Below, one piece after another: positions 15,303 through 24,232 of a stretch of 47,918 bases of DNA. The position numbers were made by a program, and so were the translations under genes. Source of the stretch: a virus. Position 1 is the stretch's first letter. Every line of letters begins with the position of its first letter. The notes beneath the pieces were generated by a model. The model searched no databases, was not told the origin of the DNA, and saw only the letters and a list, made by a program, of their open reading frames with translations. The stretch lies in IMG/VR virus record IMGVR_UViG_3300045988_031971, positions 1-47,918 of that record; one strand, written 5' to 3'.

Positions 15303-15770
15303 GTGGCAAAAGGCAAATATCAACGGTGGCTGGAACCGGATGGGCTTCTGCTGCTTGAGGGATGGGCCAGGGATGGTCTGACTGACGAGCAATTAGCCGG
15401 GAAGATGGGTATAAACCCAGCAACTTTGTATGACTGGAAGAACAAATACCCTAAGATTTCCGAGGCCTTAAAAAAGGGCAAGGAAGTTGTAGACATACAA
15501 GTAGAAAATGCACTGTTAAAGCGCGCACTTGGGTATGACTATCAGGAACAAAGAATCGAAAAGTCTGATAAAGATGGGACGAAGATCATCCAGACAATCC
15601 GCCACATCCCAGCTGATACCACCGCTCAGATCTTCTGGCTCAAAAACCGCAGACCTGACAAGTGGAGGGATAAGCCGGAAGTGTCGGCACTGCCTAATGA
15701 TGCGATTAAAGAGGACGGGCTTAGTCAAAGCCTGCGGGAAATGGCGGAGGAGTTGGAGAGCGACGCATGA
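15303..15770 (+). CDS. terS: Terminase small subunit
   Basis: HTH LTDEQLAGKMGINPATLYDWKNKYP plus IFWLKNRRPDKWRDK. Sits immediately upstream of TerL. Confidence 0.8.
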   Translation: MAKGKYQRWLEPDGLLLLEGWARDGLTDEQLAGKMGINPATLYDWKNKYPKISEALKKGKEVVDIQVENALLKRALGYDYQEQRIEKSDKDGTKIIQTIRHIPADTTAQIFWLKNRRPDKWRDKPEVSALPNDAIKEDGLSQSLREMAEELESDA

Positions 15771-16966
15771 TTTCGGAAAAGCAAAAGAAAATCCTCGCCT
15801 TTCCCTACTCCAAGTATGACGCCATTATCTGCGACGGTGCTGTCCGTTCTGGCAAGACCTCTATCATGATGTGGGCGTTTGTAGGCTGGGCCATGCGGGA
15901 GTTTTCCGGCCAGCGGTTCGGCATCTGCGGCAAGACCGTGGATTCTGCATCGAAGAATATCATCGTTCCGCTCATCTCCATGTCGCTGGCGAAGGAACGT
16001 TACACCCTGCGCTGGCGGCGGGCAGAGAAGATTTTGGAAGTGCGGCGGGGGGCCGTGACCAACTTCTTTGAGGTGTTTGGCGGAAAGGATGAAAGTTCTT
16101 TCATGCTCATCCAGGGTCGCACGCTGGCTGGCGTACTGCTGGACGAGGTGGCCCTGATGCCCCGCTCCTTTGTGGAACAGGCGCTGACCCGATGTAGCGT
16201 GGACGGGGCGAAGCTGTGGTTCTCTTGCAACCCTGACAGTCCGCAGCATTGGTTTTACTTGGAGTGGATCAAGCGCCATAAGGAACGTAATGCTCTGTAT
16301 CTCCACTTCGAGATGACGGACAATCCCGGCCTCAGTCAAAAAACCTTGGAGCGGTATCAATCCATGTTTGCCGGGGTGTTCTATGACCGCTACATCCGGG
16401 GCCTGTGGGTCGTGGCGGAGGGGCTGGTTTATCCGATGTTCAATATGGACAAGCACGTCATCCACGGAAATCCAGACGGCCCGGGCGTGTATTACATATC
16501 CATCGACTACGGCACCGCAAACCCCACGGCAATGGGCCTTTGGCGAGTCCACCATGGCGAGGCAGTCATGATGGCGGAGTATTACTATGACGGGCGGGCT
16601 ATGCGGCAGCAGAAAACCGACGAGGAATATTATCAAGACCTGGAGGAGTTCGCCGGGGGCAAGAAGATAGAGCGTGTCATTGTTGATCCTTCGGCGGCCA
16701 GCTTCAAGGAGTCCATCCACCGGCACGGAAAGTTCGCCGTGTGGGATGCCGACAACTCTGTGCTGGATGGTATCCGGCTGACGGCCACTCTTCTTCAGGA
16801 TGGGCGGCTAAAGTTCCACGAAAGCTGTGAGAATACATTTCTGGAATTTCAATCCTACATGTGGGATGGGGATGCCGGAGAGGACAAAGTCATCAAAGAG
16901 AACGACCACGCCATGGATATGATAAGGTATTTTGCTAATACGGTTATGTGGAGAGAGATCGCATGA
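15767..16966 (+). CDS. terL: Terminase large subunit (PBSX/Terminase_3-like, headful type)
   Basis: Walker A DGAVRSGKT, Walker B LLDEV, and a C-terminal nuclease region with DHAMD. Confidence 0.85.
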   Translation: MISEKQKKILAFPYSKYDAIICDGAVRSGKTSIMMWAFVGWAMREFSGQRFGICGKTVDSASKNIIVPLISMSLAKERYTLRWRRAEKILEVRRGAVTNFFEVFGGKDESSFMLIQGRTLAGVLLDEVALMPRSFVEQALTRCSVDGAKLWFSCNPDSPQHWFYLEWIKRHKERNALYLHFEMTDNPGLSQKTLERYQSMFAGVFYDRYIRGLWVVAEGLVYPMFNMDKHVIHGNPDGPGVYYISIDYGTANPTAMGLWRVHHGEAVMMAEYYYDGRAMRQQKTDEEYYQDLEEFAGGKKIERVIVDPSAASFKESIHRHGKFAVWDADNSVLDGIRLTATLLQDGRLKFHESCENTFLEFQSYMWDGDAGEDKVIKENDHAMDMIRYFANTVMWREIA

Positions 16967-18345
16967 GCATTTTCACTGGCCTGTGGGGCCGTTTGAAAAA
17001 CTTCATATTTCCCCAGGCGGTGACACAGAGAGAGTTTGGCGTCCGGCCTGCAACAGGGCAGACCATGGAGCGGAATATCAATCTGTGGTATGCCATGTAC
17101 ATCAATCAGCCGCCGTGGGCCGTTCCGCCTGTGGTGCCGATGGGGCTGCCGGCGGCGATCTGCCGGGAGTTGGTGAGGCCAACGTTGTCTGAACTTACGG
17201 TGAGTATTGCCGGGAGCACAAGGGCAGAATATTGCAACGAGCAGTTCAAGGCGGCGCAGGAAAACCTGCTTCGCCAACTTGAATTAGGGCTTGCCGTTGG
17301 AGGAATCGCCTTCAAGCCGTATATCTACGGAAATCGTGTCCTGGTAGATGCTACCAGCGCAGCAGCGTTTCAACCGACAAAGTTTGATGCGGCGGGCGTT
17401 TGTGTCGGTGGGGTGTTCCGAGAGAAAGCGCAGGTCAACGATAAATACTATGTCCGTCTGGAGTATCACAATCTGGAGGGCACTACATACACCATCCAGA
17501 ACAAGGCGTATCACAGTGACAGTAGCGGTTCTGTTGGAGCGGCAGTAGCTCTGAGCGAAGTGTCGGACTGGGTGGATATTCAGCCGGAAGTCAAGATAGA
17601 GAACCTGGAAGGGCCTCTGTTCGCTTACTTTAAGCCGCCGCAGTCCAACAATGTGGACACGGATGACCAGACGGGAATGTCTATCTATGGCGGCTCTGTG
17701 GTTGATCTCATCCGGAGAGCGGACGAGCAGTGGGACTTGATCCGCTGGGAGTTCCAGAGCGGACAGAGAAAGATATTCATGGACGCAACCGAAACGGTGG
17801 CTAGGGACTTTGACAAGCGCTTGTTTGAAATCGCGCCGTTCTCTCGGGATGGGAAATTCTTTGAACAGTTTGAGCCAGAGTTTCGGGACGAGCCGCTTTA
17901 TCGTGGGCTTCAAAATATCCTGAAACAGATCGAGTTCCAGGTTGGCCTGTCCTATGGCACGCTGTCCGACCCGCAGAGCGTGGAAAAGACGGCCACGGAG
18001 GTGCGTAACAGCAAACAGCGGATGTTTGTCACTATAGACAGCATCCAGAAAGCGTTGCAGCACACCTTTGACAGCCTGATCTACGCCATGGACGTGTATG
18101 CCACGCTTTATAATCTGGCCCCTGCTGGTGATTATGAGGTTACTTATTCTTGGGGAGACAGTGTCCTTGATGATGCTGATGCAAAAGAAAAGGAGCGGGC
18201 CAACGACCGGCAGGATGTCTCCATGGGCGTTATGAACGATTGGGAGTACCGAGCTAAATGGTACGGCGAGGATGAGGCCACGGCCAAAAAGATGCTGCCG
18301 AAAATGGAGGACATGAATACGGAGGGGGAGAACGAGATTGAATGA
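16963..18345 (+). CDS. Portal protein (SPP1 gp6-like)
   Basis: About 460 aa, directly after TerL with an ATGA overlap. Sequence pattern is portal-like. Confidence 0.8.
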   Translation: MSIFTGLWGRLKNFIFPQAVTQREFGVRPATGQTMERNINLWYAMYINQPPWAVPPVVPMGLPAAICRELVRPTLSELTVSIAGSTRAEYCNEQFKAAQENLLRQLELGLAVGGIAFKPYIYGNRVLVDATSAAAFQPTKFDAAGVCVGGVFREKAQVNDKYYVRLEYHNLEGTTYTIQNKAYHSDSSGSVGAAVALSEVSDWVDIQPEVKIENLEGPLFAYFKPPQSNNVDTDDQTGMSIYGGSVVDLIRRADEQWDLIRWEFQSGQRKIFMDATETVARDFDKRLFEIAPFSRDGKFFEQFEPEFRDEPLYRGLQNILKQIEFQVGLSYGTLSDPQSVEKTATEVRNSKQRMFVTIDSIQKALQHTFDSLIYAMDVYATLYNLAPAGDYEVTYSWGDSVLDDADAKEKERANDRQDVSMGVMNDWEYRAKWYGEDEATAKKMLPKMEDMNTEGENEIE

Positions 18346-18454
18346 TTGGAAATACATAGTTCTGATAATCTCTGTCGCTTTCATTCTTTCCGTTATCGGC
18401 TATATCCTGAAATACTCGTTTGGGGTGAATGTGCTTGAGGGGGTGGTCAGGTGA
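18338..18454 (+). CDS. Possible 38-aa membrane peptide (TTG start)
   Basis: MNDWKYIVLIISVAFILSVIGYILKYSFGVNVLEGVVR, after GGAGGGGGAG. Confidence 0.3.
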   Translation: MNDWKYIVLIISVAFILSVIGYILKYSFGVNVLEGVVR

Positions 18455-18478
18455 AATACCCTTTTTAGCCCCGAGGTA

Positions 18479-20062
18479 TTGGACGCCCTCCCAGAAGAAC
18501 TTGCCGAGCTGTACCGCAGTCTGGAGGCAACCCTCCTTGACGAGATATGTTCCCGGCTGAAATTGGCCGGAGAACTGAACGAAGTCACGGTGCAGGATAT
18601 CCGGGCCCTTCGCTCCCACGGGATCAGCCTGGAGGAGATCGAAAGGGCCATCCAGCGCACGGCCAGCATCAGTCAGCGGGACCTTCAAAAGCTCTTGGAC
18701 GATGTGGTAGAGCGTAACCAGCAGTATTACCGGGAGGTCATGGACCTTGCGGGTGTAACAGCCCCGGAGACGCTGGTGAGCATCGAGGACACCTGGGCTA
18801 TCTACGAGCAGACCCGGCAGACCTTCCGCAACCTGACCCGCTCCATGGGCTTCTTGGTGGGCAACGGGCGGACGATGCTCCCCCCGGCCAGAGCCTATCA
18901 ATGGGCGTTAGACAACGCTGAGATGCAGGTCATGAGCGGGGCCGTCTCTTACAATCAGGCCATCAAAAGCGCCGTCAAACAGCTTGCGGACAGTGGTATC
19001 AAGATCGTGGATTACGGAAGCGGGCACCGAGACCAAATTGACGTGGCTGCCCGTCGTGCAGTGATGACAGGCGTATCCCAAATCTGTGCCAAGTACACAG
19101 AGCAGAGCGCGGAATATTTGGAGACCCAATACTTTGAGATATCAGCCCATATCGGAGCCCGTGACAAGGGTGTTGGATGGCAGAATCACAAGGCATGGCA
19201 AGGCCGTGTGTACTCTGTCAGAGCCGGTGACAAGTATCCGAACATCTACGAAGTGTGCGGCCTGGGCTATGTGGACGGCTTGGAAGGAGCAAACTGCCGC
19301 CACATTAGGACGGCCTTTGTGGATGGTGTAATGGAGCGCACTTATACTGACGAGGAACTGGCCCACATTGACGACGGCCATGATGTGGACTTTGAGGGTA
19401 AGCACTATACAGCCTATGAGGCAACCCAGAAGCAGCGGCAGATCGAGCGGACCGTCCGAAAGTTGAAGCGGGAGCAGACCGCATACAAGGCCGCAGGGCT
19501 GACAGAGGATGCCCATGCGGTGACAGCCCGCATCAGGCGTCTAAACAAGGAGTATAAGGCGTTCAGCGAGGCGGCGGGACTGCCGTTGCAACGGGAAAGG
19601 ATGAAGGTATATGAAGAAGTAAAAACTGTTGAAAAACCTGCTGCTCGTGATACAATGGAGAAAATGAGCGGTGGGGGTTCTCCTGTGCATACTGTTGGAA
19701 GAATTGATGTTGAGAAATACAAGGTAGTTACAGATAAAATCCAGACAGATGAAGTCATTATTACTGATGAGCGGATCGAACACATCAGAGAACGTCACCC
19801 AAATGACTTTGAACTGTATTCACAATACCTAAAACAGATTGTAGAAGAACCTGATTATATTCTGGAGGCCAATAAGCCCAACACAGCATTTCTTTTGAAA
19901 GAGTTTCTAGAGGATGATGAAAGATTCCAGCTTATTTTGAGGCTCGCCGTTGAAGGGGATATTCCGGGATATAAGAATTCCATCATTACGTTCCTCAAAG
20001 TGGAAGAAAAACGCTATCGAAGATACTTGCGCACAAAGAAAATCCTTTACAAGTCCGAATAA
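18479..20062 (+). CDS. Minor capsid / MuF (SPP1 gp7)-like protein with a C-terminal BECR-type nuclease-toxin-like domain
   Basis: N-terminal 390 aa follow the minor-capsid-protein-2/MuF pattern after the portal. The C-terminal 133 aa (19664-20062) are AT-rich, with IITDERIEHIRERHPNDFE. Confidence 0.7.
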   Translation: MDALPEELAELYRSLEATLLDEICSRLKLAGELNEVTVQDIRALRSHGISLEEIERAIQRTASISQRDLQKLLDDVVERNQQYYREVMDLAGVTAPETLVSIEDTWAIYEQTRQTFRNLTRSMGFLVGNGRTMLPPARAYQWALDNAEMQVMSGAVSYNQAIKSAVKQLADSGIKIVDYGSGHRDQIDVAARRAVMTGVSQICAKYTEQSAEYLETQYFEISAHIGARDKGVGWQNHKAWQGRVYSVRAGDKYPNIYEVCGLGYVDGLEGANCRHIRTAFVDGVMERTYTDEELAHIDDGHDVDFEGKHYTAYEATQKQRQIERTVRKLKREQTAYKAAGLTEDAHAVTARIRRLNKEYKAFSEAAGLPLQRERMKVYEEVKTVEKPAARDTMEKMSGGGSPVHTVGRIDVEKYKVVTDKIQTDEVIITDERIEHIRERHPNDFELYSQYLKQIVEEPDYILEANKPNTAFLLKEFLEDDERFQLILRLAVEGDIPGYKNSIITFLKVEEKRYRRYLRTKKILYKSE

Positions 20063-20074
20063 AGCGGCTATAAT
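20046..20074 (+). promoter_or_regulatory. Near-consensus promoter embedded in the 3' end of the MuF gene
   Basis: TTTACA (20046-20051), a 17-nt spacer, then TATAAT (20069-20074). Confidence 0.55.
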
Positions 20075-20090
20075 CTAAGTAGAATAGAAT

Positions 20091-20238
20091 GGTTCTTTGA
20101 GGTGGACAATTTCGTGGCATCCACACGCCGATGGTACTGACAGGGGAAACCCGAGAGATGCAGGAGAACGCCACGCCTGCCAAAGAACCAAGCTACAAGG
20201 GAGGGGAGCCGCAGAGATGTGGCCCCCTTTTCCCTTTT
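20091..20238 (+). ncRNA. Candidate cis-regulatory structured leader (riboswitch/attenuator-like), unclassified
   Basis: 9-bp closing helix GGTTCTTTG/CAAAGAACC (20091-99 / 20181-89). Mutually exclusive internal helices. GGG-GAAA-CCC hairpin. A terminator follows. Confidence 0.4.
20203..20238 (+). terminator. Intrinsic terminator-like hairpin with a U-tract immediately before the mini-ORF
   Basis: GGGG(A)GCC-N10-GGCCCCC followed by TTTTCCCTTTT. Confidence 0.5.
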
Positions 20239-20249
20239 GAGGTAATATC

Positions 20250-20381
20250 ATGGATGAAAAAGCTATAGCCATTATTAAGGCTATTGTAGAGCGTGGAAAT
20301 GACGCTGTAGTCCGTAAAAAGGGTGATGGGTACATCATCCAAGAGGACAAAAAGAAAATTGTATATCGCTCCTCCGATTGA
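20250..20381 (+). CDS. 43-aa mini-protein
   Basis: RBS GAGGT. Translation MDEKAIAIIKAIVERGNDAVVRKKGDGYIIQEDKKKIVYRSSD. Confidence 0.4.
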   Translation: MDEKAIAIIKAIVERGNDAVVRKKGDGYIIQEDKKKIVYRSSD

Positions 20382-20570
20382 TTGGAATCGGAGAAGGACC
20401 GTTGGGGTCAACTGCTTACAAATCGTAGGCGGTTGGCCCTTTTCATTTTGACCGGACCGAAGTCGCTAAACTACGGGAAAATCAATCAATTTTGGCTATC
20501 CGCAAGCCTAAAAGTGCGGGGCGGTGGGTCACGGCAACGACCTAAAAAGCCTAGCCGCAAAGGAGATAGT

Positions 20571-21164
20571 ATGAAAACCGAAGAACTGCTTGAAATTGGA
20601 CTGACAGAGGAACAGGCAAACAAGGTGCTTGTCATTAACGGAAAGGACATTGAGCGCTACAAGAAGGCGGCGGAGACGGCGAAAACTGATTTGACCGCAG
20701 CGCAGGAACAGCTTGCCCAGCGGGATAAAGACATGGAGGAACTGAAAAAGTCTGCCGGTGATGTGGACAGCGTCAAGCAGCAGCTTGCCGAATTACAGGC
20801 CAAGTACACCACGGAGACTGAGCAGTACCAGAAGCAGATTGCAGATCGGGATTATTCCGATGCAGTGAGCCGGGCGATTGCAGAAAAGGGTGTGAAGTTC
20901 AGCTCCAAGGCGGCGGAAAAGGCGTTCATTGCCGACCTGACCGCTAACCGCCTGTCCGTCAAGGATGGCGCTCTGGATGGTTTTGAGCACTATCTGAAAG
21001 CCCAGCAGGAGAGCGACCCGACAGCATTCCAGAGCGACAAGCCCAGCCCCACCTTTGTCAAGCCCGTGGGTCCTGGCGGGCCTCCATCCAACGAGAGCAA
21101 GGGGGCCATGTACGCCAAGCAGTTCAACCAAATGTACACACCAAACAACACGAATAAGGAGTGA
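20571..21164 (+). CDS. Scaffolding protein
   Basis: Start MKTEELLEIGLTEEQ after AAAGGAG. Coiled-coil rich and positioned before the capsid genes. The 63-aa upstream extension in the track has no RBS. Confidence 0.75.
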   Translation: MKTEELLEIGLTEEQANKVLVINGKDIERYKKAAETAKTDLTAAQEQLAQRDKDMEELKKSAGDVDSVKQQLAELQAKYTTETEQYQKQIADRDYSDAVSRAIAEKGVKFSSKAAEKAFIADLTANRLSVKDGALDGFEHYLKAQQESDPTAFQSDKPSPTFVKPVGPGGPPSNESKGAMYAKQFNQMYTPNNTNKE

Positions 21165-21169
21165 AACGA

Positions 21170-21730
21170 ATGTCTCATTTTTACCGAGTGAATGGCACGT
21201 TCCGGCCCAACTTCCTGGAGAGCGAAGTGGGCCTCGTGCTGAAAACCTACCAGATTCCCAGCACCATGGGCGTTGAGGATGAGTATGGAAACAAGACCGT
21301 TGCCGCCGGTACGGTCTATCCCTCCAATGACGCAAGCGCCGTCGGCATCGTGTTTACCGACGTTGACGTGACCCATGGCGACCATGAGGGCAGTGTGATG
21401 CTGGCTGGCCGCGTGCTGAAGGAGCGGCTGGACGTGCAGACTGCCGCAGAGACCCCTCTGAAGGCGTCCGGCATCGTGTTTGTGGACGCCCCCGAGGTGT
21501 CCCGTGGCTACATCGTGACCTATGAGAAGGATGACGGAACGGGCACCCCCCCGGTTGATCCCAATGAGTACCAGGATGGCAGCTATGCCCCTGTCTCTAC
21601 GGATTATCCGCTGACTAAAGCCAGCAATACACAGACCGGATGGGCCCTATCCAGCGGCGGCCTTGCCGTAACATCGGTCAAGGTGACCAAAGACACAAAG
21701 CTGTATCCTGTGTGGACTCCCTCAGTTTAA
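21170..21730 (+). CDS. Head decoration/fibre-like protein with a C-terminal Listeria-Bacteroides (Flg_new) repeat
   Basis: Lies between scaffold and major capsid. The C-terminal GYIVTYEKDDGTGTPP...TGWALSSGG...VTKDTKLYPVW matches the Flg_new repeat pattern. Confidence 0.55.
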   Translation: MSHFYRVNGTFRPNFLESEVGLVLKTYQIPSTMGVEDEYGNKTVAAGTVYPSNDASAVGIVFTDVDVTHGDHEGSVMLAGRVLKERLDVQTAAETPLKASGIVFVDAPEVSRGYIVTYEKDDGTGTPPVDPNEYQDGSYAPVSTDYPLTKASNTQTGWALSSGGLAVTSVKVTKDTKLYPVWTPSV

Positions 21731-21744
21731 AGGAGGATTGACAA

Positions 21745-22788
21745 ATGTCTGATATTTTAACCCTTATTTCCGATTCCGACAGACTGGATTTTTCCCAGAA
21801 TCTGTCCGTTGCACGCCCGGCCTACCTGGGTGACCGGATTTTCCCTGACCAGAAGACCGAGAATCTCAAGGCGGAGTATCTGCGGCTGGCAAATGGTGCC
21901 ACCTTGCCTGTGATGGCTACTGTCCACGCCTTTGATACCGAGGCGGAAATCGGCTCCCGGCCCACCTTTGACAAGATGGAGGTCGAGAAGCTACTGATCA
22001 AGCGCAAGATCAATCAGACCGAACGGGTGCGTTTGCTGTCTGAATCTGGTGTTCACGCCGATGACGCCATCGTGCGCTATGTCTTTGACGATATGCGTCT
22101 GATGGCGGATGCCGTGAAGGTGCGCACCGAGGTCGCCAAGATGGATGTGCTTTCCACCGGTAAGATGAATATCAACGAGAACCGTCTGAAGATGACTGTT
22201 GATTATGGCGTCCCTGCCGAGAACCTGTCCTTTGACTTGGACCTGTCTGCCGATGCGGATATTATTGGACAGATCCAGGCCATCGTGGACCAGGCCGCCG
22301 ATATGGGTTATACCATCAACGAGGCCATCACCTCCAACAAGGTGGTCCGCAAGCTGGCCACAAACAAGGGCATCCAGACCATTATTTTTGGCTCCATCGG
22401 TCAGGGCACTTATGTTCCCAACGAGCGGTTGCGTGGCCTGTTCTCTCAGCTCTTTGGATTCGGGACCATCACCACCTACGACCTGCGGTATAAGACGCAG
22501 CAGGCGGACGGCACCGAAAAGACCCATCGCTTCTACCCGGAGGACAAGATCACCTTTACCGCTGTACCTCAGATGGGCGTCGGCCTGTGGGGCGTGTCTC
22601 CCGAGGAGGCGGAGTACGGCCAGTACAACGAGAAGTCTGCGAATCAATTCATTACCATCACTCAGTGGGCGACCCCCGACCCTGTTGCTCTATGGACGAA
22701 GGCGACCGGCCTGTTCATCCCGGTCCTGCCCGACCCCAATGGCCTGTTTGTGGCCTCTGTAAAGCCTGACGAGACCTCGGGGGGTTAA
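21745..22788 (+). CDS. Major capsid protein (E-like family)
   Basis: 347 aa after the scaffold. N-terminus FSQNLSVARPAYLGDRIFPDQKTENLKAEY is typical of major capsid protein E. Confidence 0.8.
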   Translation: MSDILTLISDSDRLDFSQNLSVARPAYLGDRIFPDQKTENLKAEYLRLANGATLPVMATVHAFDTEAEIGSRPTFDKMEVEKLLIKRKINQTERVRLLSESGVHADDAIVRYVFDDMRLMADAVKVRTEVAKMDVLSTGKMNINENRLKMTVDYGVPAENLSFDLDLSADADIIGQIQAIVDQAADMGYTINEAITSNKVVRKLATNKGIQTIIFGSIGQGTYVPNERLRGLFSQLFGFGTITTYDLRYKTQQADGTEKTHRFYPEDKITFTAVPQMGVGLWGVSPEEAEYGQYNEKSANQFITITQWATPDPVALWTKATGLFIPVLPDPNGLFVASVKPDETSGG

Positions 22789-22835
22789 ATGAGCTGTTGA
22801 GCACGGCTTCGCTCTCCACGCCCGACTTTTCCAGC

Positions 22836-22943
22836 ATGACCAAAGCTGAATTGCTGGATTATGCGGACGAGAACGGCGTGGAGGGCGTCAGCAGCTCCAT
22901 GAGAAAGGCCGATATTTTAGCTGTGCTCCAGGGGGCGGTCTGA
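22836..22943 (+). CDS. Small HeH/Rho-N-like domain protein (35 aa)
   Basis: MTKAELLDYADENGVEGVSSSMRKADILAVLQGAV. Confidence 0.45.
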   Translation: MTKAELLDYADENGVEGVSSSMRKADILAVLQGAV

Positions 22944-23371
22944 TGATCTACGCTGATTACAGCTACTACACAAACGTGTACTGGGGAAACTCCATCACGG
23001 CGCAGGACTGGACCAGGATGGCAACTAGAGCAAGTGCGTTTCTGGACTACGCCACAATGGGCCGAGCGGCAAAACATCCCAACCTGGATGAGTTGAAAAT
23101 GGCTTGCTGTGCGGTTGCGGATGATTACCAGACAATTGAGAACGCCAGAGTATTGGCAAATAAGAGCTTGTCTGCCGCAACCAATTCTAGAGAGACAGGA
23201 GAACTGCAAAGCCAGACCGTGGGGAGTTGGTCTAAGACCTACCGCTCCGGTGGCTCCAGTGCAAAAGAGGCCATAAGCGCAACAGAAAGCGCACATGCCG
23301 CCCTTATGAATACGGCGCAGATGTACCTTGCCGGAACGGGGCTTTTACGGGCAAGGGGGTTTTACGCTTGA
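22943..23371 (+). CDS. Head-tail connector (gp6-like) protein
   Basis: Position, size and the YADYSYYTNVYWGN...AFLDYATMGR pattern. Confidence 0.6.
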   Translation: MIYADYSYYTNVYWGNSITAQDWTRMATRASAFLDYATMGRAAKHPNLDELKMACCAVADDYQTIENARVLANKSLSAATNSRETGELQSQTVGSWSKTYRSGGSSAKEAISATESAHAALMNTAQMYLAGTGLLRARGFYA

Positions 23372-23820
23372 GTATGTTCCCGCACACCGTGACGGTTTAT
23401 AACACAGAGACTGAAGAACTGTCGGAGAACGATTTTGAACCTACCTTGGTCAACCACATCACCGTCCTGCGGGGCGTACTACTGGACGCCTCCAAGGGCT
23501 CCAACGTGACCAAGAGCGGCCTGGAAGGGGCAGACGCGGTAAACCTCTATATCCCGGTTGGCGTGGAGGCTGTGGACGGCGTGACCGGGCAAAAGAAGAA
23601 GTATATCGGACCTGTCGAGTTCTGGAGGGCGGATGATAAAGCTGCTCTGTGGACGCTCTCCGTGGGCCGCAACTGCTTTTTCGTCAAGGGAGAGGCCGTA
23701 CACCCGGACTGGACGGTGCAGACCATAGAGGCCGCTTATGACGATGTCTACGACGTGACCAAGGCGGACTTCAAGGACTTTGGTGGGGAAATGAGCCACT
23801 GGGAAGTGGGTGGCGTATGA
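23368..23820 (+). CDS. Head closure / minor capsid protein
   Basis: Synteny; overlapping starts. Confidence 0.5.
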   Translation: MSMFPHTVTVYNTETEELSENDFEPTLVNHITVLRGVLLDASKGSNVTKSGLEGADAVNLYIPVGVEAVDGVTGQKKKYIGPVEFWRADDKAALWTLSVGRNCFFVKGEAVHPDWTVQTIEAAYDDVYDVTKADFKDFGGEMSHWEVGGV

Positions 23821-24232
23821 GATGCTGACATTTAATGTCCACACTGAAGGAATGGAGGCTATCAAAGACAAGTTGGCTGAGGGGTGCACCAAAGCGGAGC
23901 ATGCTGTGGCGATTCAGATCCGCAAAGACACCTCGCCTTATGTCCCTGCCTTGACAGGGGACCTAGACCGGAGAACAAGGGTGGATGGTTCCAAAGTGAT
24001 TTATCCAGGCCCGCAGTCTCGCTATCTGTACCACGGGAAATTGATGGTAGACCCGACTACCGGAAGCAGCTATGCCCAAAAGGGAACGACTAAAGTCCTA
24101 ACAGACAAAAACCTAGTGTTTAACAAAGCAATGCATGCACAGGCACAATCTCATTGGTTTGAGGCTAGTAAAGCGGAGAATCTGGGGAAATGGGTCCGTG
24201 TGGCAGATAAGGCGGTGAAGCGTGAACTCTGA
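23810..24232 (+). CDS. Minor capsid / tail-completion protein (HK97 gp10-like position)
   Basis: Synteny. DTSPYVPALTGDLD pattern. Confidence 0.5.
   Translation: MAYEMLTFNVHTEGMEAIKDKLAEGCTKAEHAVAIQIRKDTSPYVPALTGDLDRRTRVDGSKVIYPGPQSRYLYHGKLMVDPTTGSSYAQKGTTKVLTDKNLVFNKAMHAQAQSHWFEASKAENLGKWVRVADKAVKREL

Noticed and set aside
15725-16726. Long minus-strand ORF (333 aa) antisense to TerL. Similar long antisense ORFs lie at 17284-18384, 21991-22647, 25288-26058, 28137-29174, 34302-35084, 38573-39508, 39438-40274 and 42324-43817 (minus strand), and at 45055-45546 and 45613-46257 (plus strand).
   Set aside because: They lie opposite well-supported genes with recognisable motifs. They have low-complexity, Arg/Pro/Gly-rich translations, no RBS and no synteny logic. 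They are shadow ORFs of GC-rich coding sequence.
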